Below, one piece after another: positions 42,501 through 53,105 of a stretch of 64,000 bases of DNA (positions are counted from its first letter, which is position 1; each line of letters opens with the position of its first letter). The stretch lies in NCBI GenBank assembly GCA_965248445.1, contig CBDFJG010000003.1:448001-512000 (forward strand), written 5' to 3'. Both the position numbers and the translations under genes were made by a program. The notes under the pieces are model-generated. The model was not told the DNA's origin, ran no database searches, and worked only from the letters and a program-made list of their open reading frames with translations. This DNA comes from Planctomycetota bacterium (GTDB lineage: Bacteria; Planctomycetota; JAJSAM01; JAJVHW01).

Positions 42501-43682
42501 CTACGCCCGCGACGCCAGTGCCGCGCGATAGCTCGCGATGGTCTCGCGTGCGCAGCGTGCCCACGTGAACGTCTGCGCCCACGGCGGGCCGCGGCGGGCG
42601 AGATCTTGGCGGAGCGCATCGTCCTCGACGACGCGTGTCAGCGCGGCGGTCAGTTCGTCCGGGCCATCGACTCCGATCGTCAACGCCGCGTCACCCGCGA
42701 CTTCGGCCAATGACGAGAGCTCGGTCGTGATCGTCGGCGCGCCGCACGCCATTCCCTCGACTACCGGCAGGCCGAAGCCTTCGTAGCTCGACGGGAACAC
42801 GTGCGCGAGACACGTGCGGAAGGTCGCCGGGACGAGTTCCTCGGCGAGGTACCCCGTGAACCGCACGGAGCTCGTGACGCCGAGCTTCTCCGCCAGCTCG
42901 CGCAGCGTGCGACCCTTGTACCTGCCATGCATGCCTGCGAGCACCAGCGGGACGTCCGTCGCGAGACCCGAGTTGGCGTACGCCGTGAGGAGCATCTCCA
43001 CGTTCTTGCGCGGATCCGCGGCGCCGACGTACAGGAGGAACGGCCGGTCCACGCCGAGCGCGGCGTAGACGCGTTCACGCTCTCCGTCTTCGGCGCGAGT
43101 GTGGTACGCCTCGTGGTCGACTCCGAGCAGCGTCACGTCGATGTGCGACGGATCCAGACCCTGGTGCTCCACGAGGTCGCGCTTGGTCGCCGCACTGATC
43201 GCGACGATGCGGTCGGCGCCGCCGTAGCGCAGCCGGTCCATCCATCTCTGCCACGGACGTGCCCACGGGCTCCGGGACAGGTACTGCTCGTGCAGGACGT
43301 ACTTGATGAGGTCGTACGCGGTGACGACGACGGGGGTCCTCGGCCGCTGCGGCACGGTGACCGGGTCCGTGACGTGGAACAGGCGCGTGCCGGTCTTGGC
43401 GGCCGTGCGCCCGTGGAACATCCAGCGCTTCAGCTGGTAGGAGCGATAGCTCACGATGCTGAACGAGAGATCCGGCTCCCCGGGGTAACGCAACGTGTCG
43501 TCGAACGCGTCGTCGACCCACGGGAACAGTGTCGTGAGACCCGCGAACGACAGGCCCTGCCGGTCGGCCGCCGGCAGATCGGCGATGCCCCGCGCGAGTG
43601 CGGCCGTGTACCGTCCGATGCCGCGGAATCGCGATGGGGTGTCGAGCGGTGTCAGGTCGATCAGGACGTCGGGGGCGGGCAT
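42501..43682 (-). CDS. GT4 glycosyltransferase
   Basis: GIGRY, PRKNV, FPSSYEGFGLPVVEGMACG. Confidence 0.92.
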   Translation of the reverse strand: MPAPDVLIDLTPLDTPSRFRGIGRYTAALARGIADLPAADRQGLSFAGLTTLFPWVDDAFDDTLRYPGEPDLSFSIVSYRSYQLKRWMFHGRTAAKTGTRLFHVTDPVTVPQRPRTPVVVTAYDLIKYVLHEQYLSRSPWARPWQRWMDRLRYGGADRIVAISAATKRDLVEHQGLDPSHIDVTLLGVDHEAYHTRAEDGERERVYAALGVDRPFLLYVGAADPRKNVEMLLTAYANSGLATDVPLVLAGMHGRYKGRTLRELAEKLGVTSSVRFTGYLAEELVPATFRTCLAHVFPSSYEGFGLPVVEGMACGAPTITTELSSLAEVAGDAALTIGVDGPDELTAALTRVVEDDALRQDLARRGPPWAQTFTWARCARETIASYRAALASRA

Positions 43683-43903
43683 GGCACGCCTACTTCATCG
43701 ACCGGGCGGAGAAGCGGGCGCGAATCCGGGCGGCCGTCATCCGCGATCAGAATCAGCCGGGCCGAGACAGAGTCGGAACCGCGGGAGCGCTTGCGCGCCC
43801 CCGCCGAGTGTGATTTCGAGTGAGTAAGGCCTCGAGTGGCTACGGCTTCGAGTGGGTACAGCGCATGCGCGTCAGCGGATGGGCCAGTCAGCACTGCTGG
43901 TGG

Positions 43904-44221
43904 TTACCAGCGGCCACCACCACCACCGCCGCCGTAGCCGCCACCACGACCGCCACCGCCACCGCCGCCGTCGCGCTTCTCGTGCGCCTCGTTGACGCGC
44001 ACCTGGCGACCATCGATCTCCTGACCGTCAGTTTCCTGGACCGCCTGTTGCGCCGCATCGGCGCTCTCAAAGGTCACGAAGCCGAAACCGCGGGAGCGGC
44101 CGGTCTCGCGATCGTTGATCACCTTGGCTTCGGTGACCGGTCCGAACTTCTCGAATGCGGTACGCAGGGTGTCGTCGGTCGTATTCCAGCTGAGTCCACC
44201 GACGAAGAGCTTCTTGGACAT
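43904..44221 (-). CDS. RRM RNA-binding protein with Gly-rich tail
   Basis: KLFVGGL (RNP2) and [10 protein letters not shown] (RNP1). Confidence 0.95.
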   Translation of the reverse strand: MSKKLFVGGLSWNTTDDTLRTAFEKFGPVTEAKVINDRETGRSRGFGFVTFESADAAQQAVQETDGQEIDGRQVRVNEAHEKRDGGGGGGGRGGGYGGGGGGGRW

Positions 44222-44424
44222 CGCGCTACATCTCATTCTGCGCCGAAGCGCCTTGAACCTGCCCGCTCGCCCGACGGCCCTCATGGCCGCCACGCACGGG
44301 CTTCAGCCCAGGATCATAGCCGCGCCGGGAAGGAATCGCGGCGTCGGCAGCGCCGGCTGGAGCCTGGAAAGCGGCCCTGGCGAGCTTGTCCACCGGGCAG
44401 CCGGAGGGGGTAGAAAAGGGCACT

Positions 44425-45561
44425 GTGAGGATCGGGATCGACGCGCTGTCCGTGGTGCCCGGGGAGACCGGCGGGGGGGAGACCTACCTAGTCGAGCTTC
44501 TGCGGGCACTCTCCGTGCTGCCCGAGGCCGCCGGTCGCAAGATCGTCGTCTATGCCTCCGTCAACAACGCTGGGCTCTTCCCATCTTCCGGTCCCGTGCA
44601 CGTCGAGCCGCTGCCCCTCGACAACAGGAGCCGACCGCGTCGCCTCCTGTTCGAGCACCTGCGCCTCGGCCCGCGTCTCTCGAGGGACGGTATCGACGTG
44701 CTGTACGCGCCGGGCAACGCGCTGCCGTTGCGGTGTCCCGTGCGGACCGTGCTCGGCATCCAGAGCCTGCACTCGTTCCTCGTGCCGGAGGAGATGTCGC
44801 GGTTCCGGGTGGCGTACTTCACGCGGATGGTGCCGCGGTCGGCGCACCGCGCGACGCGCGTGCTCTGCGTCAGCGAGGACATCAAGAAGACTCTGCTCGA
44901 GGTGGTACCAGGGCTCGACGAGTCGAAGGCGCGCGTGGTGTACGAGGGCGCACCACAGGACCTGCACCGCGTGAGCGACGAGGAGGCGGCCGATGTGGCC
45001 GCGCGCTCGCTGACAGAGCCCGGCAAGTTCGTTCTGTTCGTCTCGAGCCTCAATCGGTTCAAGCGACCCGAGCGCGCAGCGCAAGCGGTGGACTGGATCC
45101 GACGCGAGAAGGGGGAGAGCTGGCGATTGGTGATGGCCGGACGCGCTTCGTACGAGGATGAGCAACGAGTGCACGCATCGATCCCGGACTTCGATCAACT
45201 CGCGGAGATGGTCGGTGTCGTGCCGCGGTCGGGCCTCGCGGCGCTGCTCACCGGAGCCCGGGCGATGGTCTATCCCTCGACGGTCGAGACGTTCGGCCTC
45301 CCGCCGCTCGAAGCGATGGCGCTGGGCTGCCCCGTGGTGGCTGCGAATTGCACGTCGATCCCCGAGATCACGGGCGACGCGGCCGTGCTCGTGGACCCGG
45401 ACGACGTCGCGGCGTTCGGCGCCGCGCTCTACGGCGTCCTGCACGACGAAGAACTGCGCGCGACTCTGATCGCGCGGGGGTACGAACGGGTCAAGCGCTT
45501 CACGTGGGAGGCCGCGGCGCGCGGGACGCTCTCGCTTCTGGAAGAGGCTGCGGGCACGTGA
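44425..45561 (+). CDS. GT4 glycosyltransferase
   Basis: GGGETY, YPSTVETFGLPPLEAMALG. Confidence 0.92.
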   Translation: MRIGIDALSVVPGETGGGETYLVELLRALSVLPEAAGRKIVVYASVNNAGLFPSSGPVHVEPLPLDNRSRPRRLLFEHLRLGPRLSRDGIDVLYAPGNALPLRCPVRTVLGIQSLHSFLVPEEMSRFRVAYFTRMVPRSAHRATRVLCVSEDIKKTLLEVVPGLDESKARVVYEGAPQDLHRVSDEEAADVAARSLTEPGKFVLFVSSLNRFKRPERAAQAVDWIRREKGESWRLVMAGRASYEDEQRVHASIPDFDQLAEMVGVVPRSGLAALLTGARAMVYPSTVETFGLPPLEAMALGCPVVAANCTSIPEITGDAAVLVDPDDVAAFGAALYGVLHDEELRATLIARGYERVKRFTWEAAARGTLSLLEEAAGT

Positions 45562-45606
45562 CGTAGGCTTCATGACCGAGAACTGGGGACTGCCGACACG
45601 GCACTC

Positions 45607-46101
45607 ATGGGTGAACACGACGGACTGACGCACCTCGACGAGCACGGCCACGCGCGGATGGTGGACGTGTCGGGGAAGGACCGCACCGTGCGCACCGCCG
45701 AGGCCGCGTGCCGCGTTCGCTGCTTGGCAGAGACGCTGTCCCGCGTTCGCGCGGGAGATGTCCCGAAGGGCGACATACTGGCCGTTGCCCGCATCGCGGG
45801 CATCGCCGCAGCCAAGCGCACGGCGGACCTGATCCCCCTCTGCCATCCGGTTGCGCTCACGTCCGTCGAGGTGGACGTGACCGTGGCCGCGGAGGCGATC
45901 GAGATCCGCGCCCGTGCGCGCGCCGCCGACCGGACCGGCGTCGAGATGGAGGCGCTGACCGCGGCGTCGGCTGCGGCGCTCGCCACCTACGACATGCTGA
46001 AGGCGATCGAGCGGGGCATCGTCATCGACGACTTGCGCCTGTTGCGCAAGGAAGGCGGCCGCTCGGGGACGTGGACGCGTGACGAGGGCGGTGACAGATG
46101 A
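45607..46101 (+). CDS. moaC: Cyclic pyranopterin monophosphate synthase
   Basis: LTHLD...MVDVS, LIPLCHP, TGVEMEAL, YDMLKA. Confidence 0.97.
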   Translation: MGEHDGLTHLDEHGHARMVDVSGKDRTVRTAEAACRVRCLAETLSRVRAGDVPKGDILAVARIAGIAAAKRTADLIPLCHPVALTSVEVDVTVAAEAIEIRARARAADRTGVEMEALTAASAAALATYDMLKAIERGIVIDDLRLLRKEGGRSGTWTRDEGGDR

Positions 46102-46628
46102 GCGGACCGACGTCGCTGCCCGAACCGATCCGGGCGTCGGTGCTGACCTGCTCCGACCGCTCCGCCCGGGGCGAGCGCGAAGACGCCGCCGGCCCCCGAC
46201 TCGTGGAGCTGCTCGCTTCGTGGGGAGTCTCGGCGCGGCTCGCCGACCCGGTCGTCGACGATCGGTCCGCCATCTCGAACGCATTGCGGCGGCTGGCGAC
46301 GGAGTGCGAGCTCATTGTCACCACGGGCGGCACCGGGCTCGGCCCGCGAGACGTGACGCCGGAGGCGACGCGCGACGTGATCGAGCGCGAGGCGCCCGGC
46401 TTCACCGAGGAGATCCGCCGGCGCGGTGCCGCGCAATTCCCGCGGGCGATCCTCTCGCGCGCCGTCTGCGGCACGATGCGGAGGGAAGACGGCGAGACGC
46501 TCGTCCTCAATCTCCCCGGCAGCCCGAACGGCGCGGTCGAGTCGCTCACCTGGGTGCGGGCGCCGTTGCTCCACGGGCTGAAGGTGCTGTCCGGTGGGCT
46601 GCGCGACTGCAGGGACGACCCGGCATGA
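46098..46628 (+). CDS. mog: MogA/MoaB molybdopterin adenylyltransferase
   Basis: TTGGTGLGPRDVTPEAT, NLPGSP. Confidence 0.9.
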   Translation: MSGPTSLPEPIRASVLTCSDRSARGEREDAAGPRLVELLASWGVSARLADPVVDDRSAISNALRRLATECELIVTTGGTGLGPRDVTPEATRDVIEREAPGFTEEIRRRGAAQFPRAILSRAVCGTMRREDGETLVLNLPGSPNGAVESLTWVRAPLLHGLKVLSGGLRDCRDDPA

Positions 46629-47704
46629 GCGAGGGGCTGTCGATTGCCGTTGCCGGCGCCACAGGAGCGGTCGGAGAGGAGTTGCTCACGCTGCTCGGAA
46701 GCGAACGCCTTCCGGTTCGGGAGGTGCGCGCACTCGCTTCCGCGCGCTCCGTCGGGCGCACCGTGCGCTGCGGGAGCGCGGAGCTCAGGGTCGAGGAACT
46801 GACCGATGAGGCGCTCGACGGTGTGGATCTCGCGTTCTTCTCCTGCGGCGGGGCGCGGTCGCTGCGATACGCGCCTCCTGCGCGCGAACGCGGCGTGACG
46901 ATCATCGACAACAGCAGTGTGTTCCGTCTCGAACCGGACGTTCCGCTCGTCATCCCGGAGATCAATGCGTCGGACGCGGAGGAACACAACGGTCTCCTCG
47001 CAGTCCCGAATTGCACCACGATCGTGTTCCTGATGGCGGCGACCCCGCTGCACCGGGCAGCCGGACTCAAGCGGGCGGTGGTGTCCTCCTATCAGGCCGC
47101 GTCGGGAGCGGGCCGCGCCGCTCTCGAGGAGCTGAATACCCAGATGGAGGATCACGTCGCGGGGCGACCGATCCGCGCGGAGGTGTTGCCCCGCCGGATC
47201 CTCGGGAACGTCATCCCGCACGTCGATGCCTTCCGCGACGACGGGTTCACCAAGGAGGAGCGCAAGCTGTTCGACGAGACGCGGCGCATCCTCCACGACG
47301 ACGAAGTCAGCGTCGTCGGGACCTGCGTCCGCGTCCCGGTCGAGCGAGCCCACGCGGTGTCGGCGGCGCTCGAACTGCGGAGGCCAGTCTCCCGCGAGGA
47401 AGCCATCTCGATCCTCTCGTCCGCCCCCGGCGTGCGCGTCGTGGACGGCGGCGACGGCCCGGACTACCCTACGCCGCTCGATGCCGCGGGAGGCACCGAG
47501 GTGCTCGTGGGCCGGGTCCGGGAAGACCCCTCACGGGAGGGTGGGTTGCTCCTCTGGGCGGTGGGCGACCAGTTGCTGAAGGGCGCGGCCTGGAACGCGC
47601 TGCAGATCGCGGAGCACCTTGTTGCTACCGGCCGGGTTGCTACTGGCCGCTTTGCTAGCGGCCGGGACGGGATGGGACGCGTGAAGCGAAAGGGGCGGGT
47701 GTGA
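46625..47704 (+). CDS. asd: Aspartate-semialdehyde dehydrogenase
   Basis: GATGAVG, IDNSS.FR, PNCTT, YQAASGAG, CVRVPV, KGAAWN. Confidence 0.97.
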   Translation: MSEGLSIAVAGATGAVGEELLTLLGSERLPVREVRALASARSVGRTVRCGSAELRVEELTDEALDGVDLAFFSCGGARSLRYAPPARERGVTIIDNSSVFRLEPDVPLVIPEINASDAEEHNGLLAVPNCTTIVFLMAATPLHRAAGLKRAVVSSYQAASGAGRAALEELNTQMEDHVAGRPIRAEVLPRRILGNVIPHVDAFRDDGFTKEERKLFDETRRILHDDEVSVVGTCVRVPVERAHAVSAALELRRPVSREEAISILSSAPGVRVVDGGDGPDYPTPLDAAGGTEVLVGRVREDPSREGGLLLWAVGDQLLKGAAWNALQIAEHLVATGRVATGRFASGRDGMGRVKRKGRV

Positions 47705-48216
47705 GTTCACCGAAGGGTCCGCGGGACCACACGAAGCTCGATCTGGCGGAGCTGCGCCGGCTCGTGAGCCTGATGGAGCAGCGAGAGCTGGCCGAGGTCG
47801 AGCTCGAACTGGAGGGGAAGCGGGTGCGCGTCGTGCGCAGCGTGCCCGGGATGCACGGCGCCGTCGCGGGCATGCCCGCCGGCACGCTCATCCCCGCCGC
47901 CGCCCCCGCGGCAGCCGCCCCGGAGCCGGACGAGGAGCCGGACGAGGAGCCGGAGCCCCTCGGCACGGAAATCCCGTGCCCGATGGTCGGCACGTTCTAT
48001 CGCGCCTCCAGTCCGGACTCCGCACCGTTCGTGGAGGTGGGCGACCGCATCACCGCGGACACTGTCATCTGCATCATCGAAGCCATGAAGGTCATGAACG
48101 AGATCAAGGCCGACGTCGAGGGCGAGATCCTCGAGATCCTCGTGCAGAACGGGGAACCGGTCGAGTTCGGGCAGCCGCTGTTCCTCGTGCGTCCCACGGG
48201 CAGCGGAGCCGCGTAG
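47701..48216 (+). CDS. accB: Biotin carboxyl carrier protein
   Basis: PMVGTFY, EAMKVMNEI. Confidence 0.97.
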   Translation: MSSPKGPRDHTKLDLAELRRLVSLMEQRELAEVELELEGKRVRVVRSVPGMHGAVAGMPAGTLIPAAAPAAAAPEPDEEPDEEPEPLGTEIPCPMVGTFYRASSPDSAPFVEVGDRITADTVICIIEAMKVMNEIKADVEGEILEILVQNGEPVEFGQPLFLVRPTGSGAA

Positions 48217-48229
48217 CCGGCGGGGACCC

Positions 48230-49582
48230 ATGATCTCCAGAGTGCTGGTGGCCAATCGCGGCGAGATCGCGCTGCGCGTGATCCGCGCCTGCCGCGAGCT
48301 CGGGCTGCAGACCGTCGCGGTCTACAGCCAGGCGGACAGCGAGGCCGGCTACCTGCGGCTGGCGGACGAGACCGTATGCATCGGCCCGGCGCAGTCCGCG
48401 CAGTCCTACTTGTCCATCCCGGCGATCCTCGCGGCCGCCGAGATCGCCGACGTCGACGCGATCCACCCCGGGTACGGGTTCCTGTCCGAGAACGCGCACT
48501 TCGCCGAGATCTGCACGGCGTCGAACATCAAGTTCGTCGGGCCGACCCCCGACGCGATTCGGGCGGTGGGGGACAAGGCCGCCGCGCGCTCCGCAGCGCA
48601 GAAAGCGGGTGTCGCCGTCGTTCCCGGCAGCAAGGGAACCGTCACCGAGGAGGCCGAGGCCCGGCGCCTCGCGCACGAGATCGGTTACCCGGTTCTGGTC
48701 AAGGCGTCCGCCGGCGGCGGCGGCCGCGGCATGCGGGTCGCGCACAACGACATGAGTCTGCACGCGGGGCTGCAGGGCGCGCAGAACGAGGCGCGCGCTG
48801 CGTTCGGCGACGGGGCCGTCTACATCGAGAAGTTCCTCGACCGGCCGCGCCACGTCGAGGTGCAGGTGCTCGCCGACGAGCACGGCCATGTCGTCCACCT
48901 CTACGAGCGGGACTGCTCGGTGCAGCGGCGCCACCAGAAGATGCTCGAGGAGAGCCCGTGCTCGTCGCTTCCGCGGGACGTGCGTAAGAAGATGCACCGT
49001 GCGGCGGTGAAGCTGCTCAAGAGCATCGGCTTCTCGAGCGCGGGCACGGTGGAGTTCCTCGTCGACAAGGACAACCACTTCTACTTCATCGAGGTCAACG
49101 CCAGGATCCAGGTGGAGCACCCCGTGTCGGAGATGGTCACGGGCATCGACCTCGTGAAGGAGCAGCTCCGCGTAGCCGCTGGGGAGAAGCTCGGTTACGA
49201 CCAGGACGACATCACCCTGACCGGGACGGCGATCGAGGCCCGGGTCAACGCGGAGGACCCGGACAAGGACTTCCGGCCTTCGGCGGGGCGCATCACGCTG
49301 TGGACACCGCCCGGCGGGCCGGGAGTCCGCGTCGACTCGCACGTCCACGCCGGCTACGCGGTTCCGCCACACTACGACTCCATGATCGCGAAGCTGATCG
49401 TGCACGCTCCGGACCGCAAGGCGGCCATCGCCAGGCTGGCTCGCGCGCTGGACGAGTTCGCCGTGGGGGGCATCCGGACGACGATTCCGTTCCATCGCAG
49501 GCTTCTGGGCCATGCGGGCTTCGCGGCCGGCCACTACGACACCGGCCTGGTCGAGGACTTCCTGGCCGGGTCGCGAGCCTGA
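48230..49582 (+). CDS. accC: Biotin carboxylase
   Basis: ANRGEIA, HPGYGFLSEN, GGGGRGM, RDCSVQRRHQK, RIQVEHP. Confidence 0.97.
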   Translation: MISRVLVANRGEIALRVIRACRELGLQTVAVYSQADSEAGYLRLADETVCIGPAQSAQSYLSIPAILAAAEIADVDAIHPGYGFLSENAHFAEICTASNIKFVGPTPDAIRAVGDKAAARSAAQKAGVAVVPGSKGTVTEEAEARRLAHEIGYPVLVKASAGGGGRGMRVAHNDMSLHAGLQGAQNEARAAFGDGAVYIEKFLDRPRHVEVQVLADEHGHVVHLYERDCSVQRRHQKMLEESPCSSLPRDVRKKMHRAAVKLLKSIGFSSAGTVEFLVDKDNHFYFIEVNARIQVEHPVSEMVTGIDLVKEQLRVAAGEKLGYDQDDITLTGTAIEARVNAEDPDKDFRPSAGRITLWTPPGGPGVRVDSHVHAGYAVPPHYDSMIAKLIVHAPDRKAAIARLARALDEFAVGGIRTTIPFHRRLLGHAGFAAGHYDTGLVEDFLAGSRA

Positions 49583-49908
49583 GAGGCCGGGCGCGGCGGT
49601 CTCGTTCCCACCCAGGCTCGAAACGAGCGTGGATACGAGGCGCGTTTCGGGAACCCGTCGACCGCTCCAGATACGGGAATCGCACGCAGACTCGGAATGT
49701 GGCTCACGCGAGGCGAAAAAAGGCCGAAAGAAGCCGGGTGGATAGTTGCACGCCCAGGCTGCCTCGATAGCATCGCGGCAGTCGAGTGGCGGGTCACTCG
49801 GGGGGGACGAAAGCGGCGCGTGCCTGATTGGCGCGTGCGAACGCACGGTTCCCCGACGGAGTGTCCCGGAGAGGAGATGAAGACGTGAGCTACGGCCAGG
49901 AGAGAGGC

Positions 49909-51318
49909 ATGCGGACCCTGTTCAGTCTCGTCGTCGGTGTTGCATTGCTTGCGGGATCCGCAAGCGCTGCAACGCCCGAGACGGCTCGCATCGGTGCAGT
50001 CCAAGGCAACGTGGTGCTCCAGTCGGGCGCTGCGGCGTCCGCGGTTGGCACCAAGACCCATCTGAAGACGGGTGACGTCCTGAAGGTCGGCACCGACGCA
50101 AGGGTGACGCTTGCCTTCGCAGACGGTGGTTCGGTCCTCGTGGCCGGTCCCGCCGTGCTGGACGTCGCGCAGCTGAACACAGACGGACGTCGCCTGCTGT
50201 TGCGCAACGGCGCCATCCCGCGGGCTCAGGCCGGCACGGTGGCTCTCGAGTTGCAGACTCCGGCCGGCGCATCGCTGGTTCTGCAGAACGCGATCGGTAG
50301 CGCGGCGTTCACGAATGGCGCGACGTCGTTCGCGAAGCTCGGCGGTGCTCACGCGCAAGTCTGGAACGACGGCAGCGCGCAGACGCTGTCAGGTTCTTGG
50401 AGCAGCGTAGCCGGCGTCGTCGCTCCCGCGGCCGCCGCGATGGACAACCACATGGCGAGCGCAGGTGGCAAGTCCTACGGTGCCGGCGACACGCTCCGCG
50501 TGGGTGCGGGAAGCAACCAGTCGGTCTCGTTCGGCGACGGCACGACGATGAACGTCGTCGGACCCGCCGAGCTCGGCTTCGTCCAGATGGACAGCTCGGG
50601 TCACCGCGTCATGCTTCGCTCGGGGACGGCAACGGCCTCCGTGAGCGCCGTCGCGCTCGAGATCCAGACGCCTGCAGACGCGTCGCTGGTCCTGCAGAAC
50701 GCGACCGGCATGGCGCGCGTCTCGGGCGGCAACGTGTCGTTCCAGAAGACCGGCGGCGACTACGCGCAGGTCTGGAACGGAAGCGCTTTCCGCCCGCTGA
50801 GCGGCTCCTGGAGCAACTCGGCCGGCGCAGCGCCAGTTCGTACAGCGCCGGTTCGCTCGGCTCCCTCGCGCGCTGCGGCCCCGGCCGTGACGCGCTCGAC
50901 CGGCGGCGGCGGCTCTCGCGAGGCGCGCATCCGTGAGCTCGAGGCCGAGGTCAGCCGCCTGCGCGGCGAGCTCGACAACGCCCGCGCCGCGGGATACTCG
51001 GGCAAGCCCGGCAAGTCGATGGTCATCGGCGACAAGGTCATCACCTATCGCCCGTCCGACGACTTCAAGGTGGAGAAGATGAGTGACGGCGGGGCGAAGC
51101 TGACCTACGACGGCGCCGACTTCGGTGTTGTGACGGTCGGGCAGGAAACGAACATGTTCCTGTGGCTCGACGAGTCGGTGACGTTCGACGGGAACGGCGA
51201 CGTGGTGGCGTTCACGGGGGTCTCGCACCTCTACGACCCGCTCTCGACGTTCTTCATGTGGGACAACCCGATCGAGAACGGATCCGACGCGAGTCCTTCG
51301 CGTCCGGGGATCCGCTAG
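49909..51318 (+). CDS. Secreted protein with two tandem FecR-like domains and a coiled coil
   Basis: Signal peptide, LKTGDVLKVG...LAFADG, and duplicated LE.QTPA.ASLVLQNA...AQVWN...LSGSWS. Confidence 0.65.
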   Translation: MRTLFSLVVGVALLAGSASAATPETARIGAVQGNVVLQSGAAASAVGTKTHLKTGDVLKVGTDARVTLAFADGGSVLVAGPAVLDVAQLNTDGRRLLLRNGAIPRAQAGTVALELQTPAGASLVLQNAIGSAAFTNGATSFAKLGGAHAQVWNDGSAQTLSGSWSSVAGVVAPAAAAMDNHMASAGGKSYGAGDTLRVGAGSNQSVSFGDGTTMNVVGPAELGFVQMDSSGHRVMLRSGTATASVSAVALEIQTPADASLVLQNATGMARVSGGNVSFQKTGGDYAQVWNGSAFRPLSGSWSNSAGAAPVRTAPVRSAPSRAAAPAVTRSTGGGGSREARIRELEAEVSRLRGELDNARAAGYSGKPGKSMVIGDKVITYRPSDDFKVEKMSDGGAKLTYDGADFGVVTVGQETNMFLWLDESVTFDGNGDVVAFTGVSHLYDPLSTFFMWDNPIENGSDASPSRPGIR

Positions 51319-51391
51319 GCCGCAACGGCAACGGGCACTTCAGGGAAAGAGCGGACCGAAAGCGTTCAGAACGCACACGGGGGTTTGTGAG

Positions 51392-52930
51392 ATGAGCATG
51401 GGTAAGAAGTGCATGACGGCGGCGGTGACGATGGGCGTGTTCACGCTCGTCACTCCCGCGATCGCGGCGGAGACCGCGCGAACCGCGAGAGCGGAGGCGC
51501 TCAAGGAGATCCCCAAGTGGGAGACCTATAGCGCCGAGGATTCGGGCAGCTTGGAGGAGACATTCTTCCGGCTCCAGAACTCGTTTGCTCTGCCTGCGGA
51601 GACTGGCTCCCGCGCGCTCGGCAGCGTCCCGTTCTGGCCCCGGGGCAGCCTCAAGTTCGGCACCGTACGCATCTTGCCGTATCTGCGGCAGGCGGTGTCG
51701 TACGAGTCGAACCACTTCCGCACGAACGAGACGCCCCGTCGCGGAACCCACCCGACGGCCAGCCCTCGCTCCCACGGTCGTGACGGCTCGGTCACGCACG
51801 TCAACCAGATTGGTGCGATGGCGGACACGCTGCTCGACGGCGGACGCCTGCGCCTGTCTGGAGCGATCGACTCGCAGTGGCTCCTGCGCTATGCGTCGGA
51901 GAGCCGGCACGCGGACGACTGGGACTTCGACGGCCAGCTCGGTGCGTCGTACGCCATCAACAAGGACATCCGCGCGGGCATCGGCTATCGCTGGGAGCGG
52001 CGGTCGGATCCGATGGAGACGAACGCCTCGAGCAGGTTCCGTCGCACCAACCAGCAGGCCGTGGCCAACCTGTCCTACGCGAACATCGGTGTTCGCGGAC
52101 TCAAGGCCCGGTTCGGCGTGACGACCCGCGACGTCGACGCGTCGAAGTCGAACGAGACGGCTTTGAACCGTCACGACCGCACGGAGATCGAGTACAAGCT
52201 CCGCGCGTCGTACCCGGTCTGGAGCGAGTCCACGGACCTCTTCGTCCAGGGTCGCTATCGCACCGAAGAGCGCGAGTCCGACGAGATCAACGACGGCGAC
52301 GTCTACGGCATGGACTTCGGCATGTCCGGCGCCATCCCGATCACCCGCAATGAGTACGGCGGTCTGCGCGGTGAGGTGTCGTTCGGCTTCGACAGCGGCT
52401 CGTACGAGAACGAGACGTACAACCGCGGTTCGCAGGTGCTGATCCGGGACGACTCGGACGACGAGACGAACCTCAGCGTGCGCGGTCGCTTGCAGTACAT
52501 CGCGACGCCCCGCACCTCGTGGGACATGACGGTGTTCCGCGGCCAGCAGTTCAGCCTCCACGGCAACTACCAGATCGTCAACCGCCTCGAGCTCAACGTG
52601 ACGCACAACGCGTCGTGCAAGCTCGTCTCGCGCATCGGCGTCTTCTGGGAGCACGTCGATCCCTCTGGCCTGGTCTCGCCGAAGAGCGCGCTGACCGGCA
52701 ACACGGGGCTCAAGAACCAGCAGGAGTACGAAGACTGGGACCGCTTCGGCGTCGGCGTCGGCGCCCGCTATCCCATCGAGGACTGGCTGGATGTCGATGG
52801 CTCGATCGGAGTCGAGCGCAAGAACTCGTACGAGTCGCGCAGCTTCTCGAACTACAGCGCGCAGGTGGGCCTCACGCTCTACCTGGCCGGACTGAACACC
52901 GCGTCGATGCGGCGTTCTCTCGGGTACTAG
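51392..52930 (+). CDS. Outer-membrane beta-barrel protein of polysaccharide-export loci
   Basis: Signal peptide, amphipathic beta strands, position upstream of wza. Confidence 0.7.
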   Translation: MSMGKKCMTAAVTMGVFTLVTPAIAAETARTARAEALKEIPKWETYSAEDSGSLEETFFRLQNSFALPAETGSRALGSVPFWPRGSLKFGTVRILPYLRQAVSYESNHFRTNETPRRGTHPTASPRSHGRDGSVTHVNQIGAMADTLLDGGRLRLSGAIDSQWLLRYASESRHADDWDFDGQLGASYAINKDIRAGIGYRWERRSDPMETNASSRFRRTNQQAVANLSYANIGVRGLKARFGVTTRDVDASKSNETALNRHDRTEIEYKLRASYPVWSESTDLFVQGRYRTEERESDEINDGDVYGMDFGMSGAIPITRNEYGGLRGEVSFGFDSGSYENETYNRGSQVLIRDDSDDETNLSVRGRLQYIATPRTSWDMTVFRGQQFSLHGNYQIVNRLELNVTHNASCKLVSRIGVFWEHVDPSGLVSPKSALTGNTGLKNQQEYEDWDRFGVGVGARYPIEDWLDVDGSIGVERKNSYESRSFSNYSAQVGLTLYLAGLNTASMRRSLGY

Positions 52931-52944
52931 ATCAACCCAGTTCC

Positions 52945-52980
52945 GAAACCCGCGCGCCACCTCGTGGCGCGCGGGTTTTC
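52945..52980 (+). terminator. Intrinsic terminator
   Basis: AAACCCGCGCGCCAC-CTC-GTGGCGCGCGGGTTTT perfect hairpin after the stop codon. Confidence 0.85.
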
Positions 52981-53105
52981 TCGTGTCTGAGCGGCATTTT
53001 GCGGTCCCGCGAGCGCCTCGTCACACGTCCGAGGTGGTGGGGAATCCCCTTCTGATCGGTGACGAGGGCAGTCACCCTCGGGGGTTCTGACCGGAGGTGG
53101 TGGTG

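Noticed and set aside
43904..43970. CCG/CCA low-complexity repeat
   Set aside because: Encodes the Gly-rich tail of the RRM protein.
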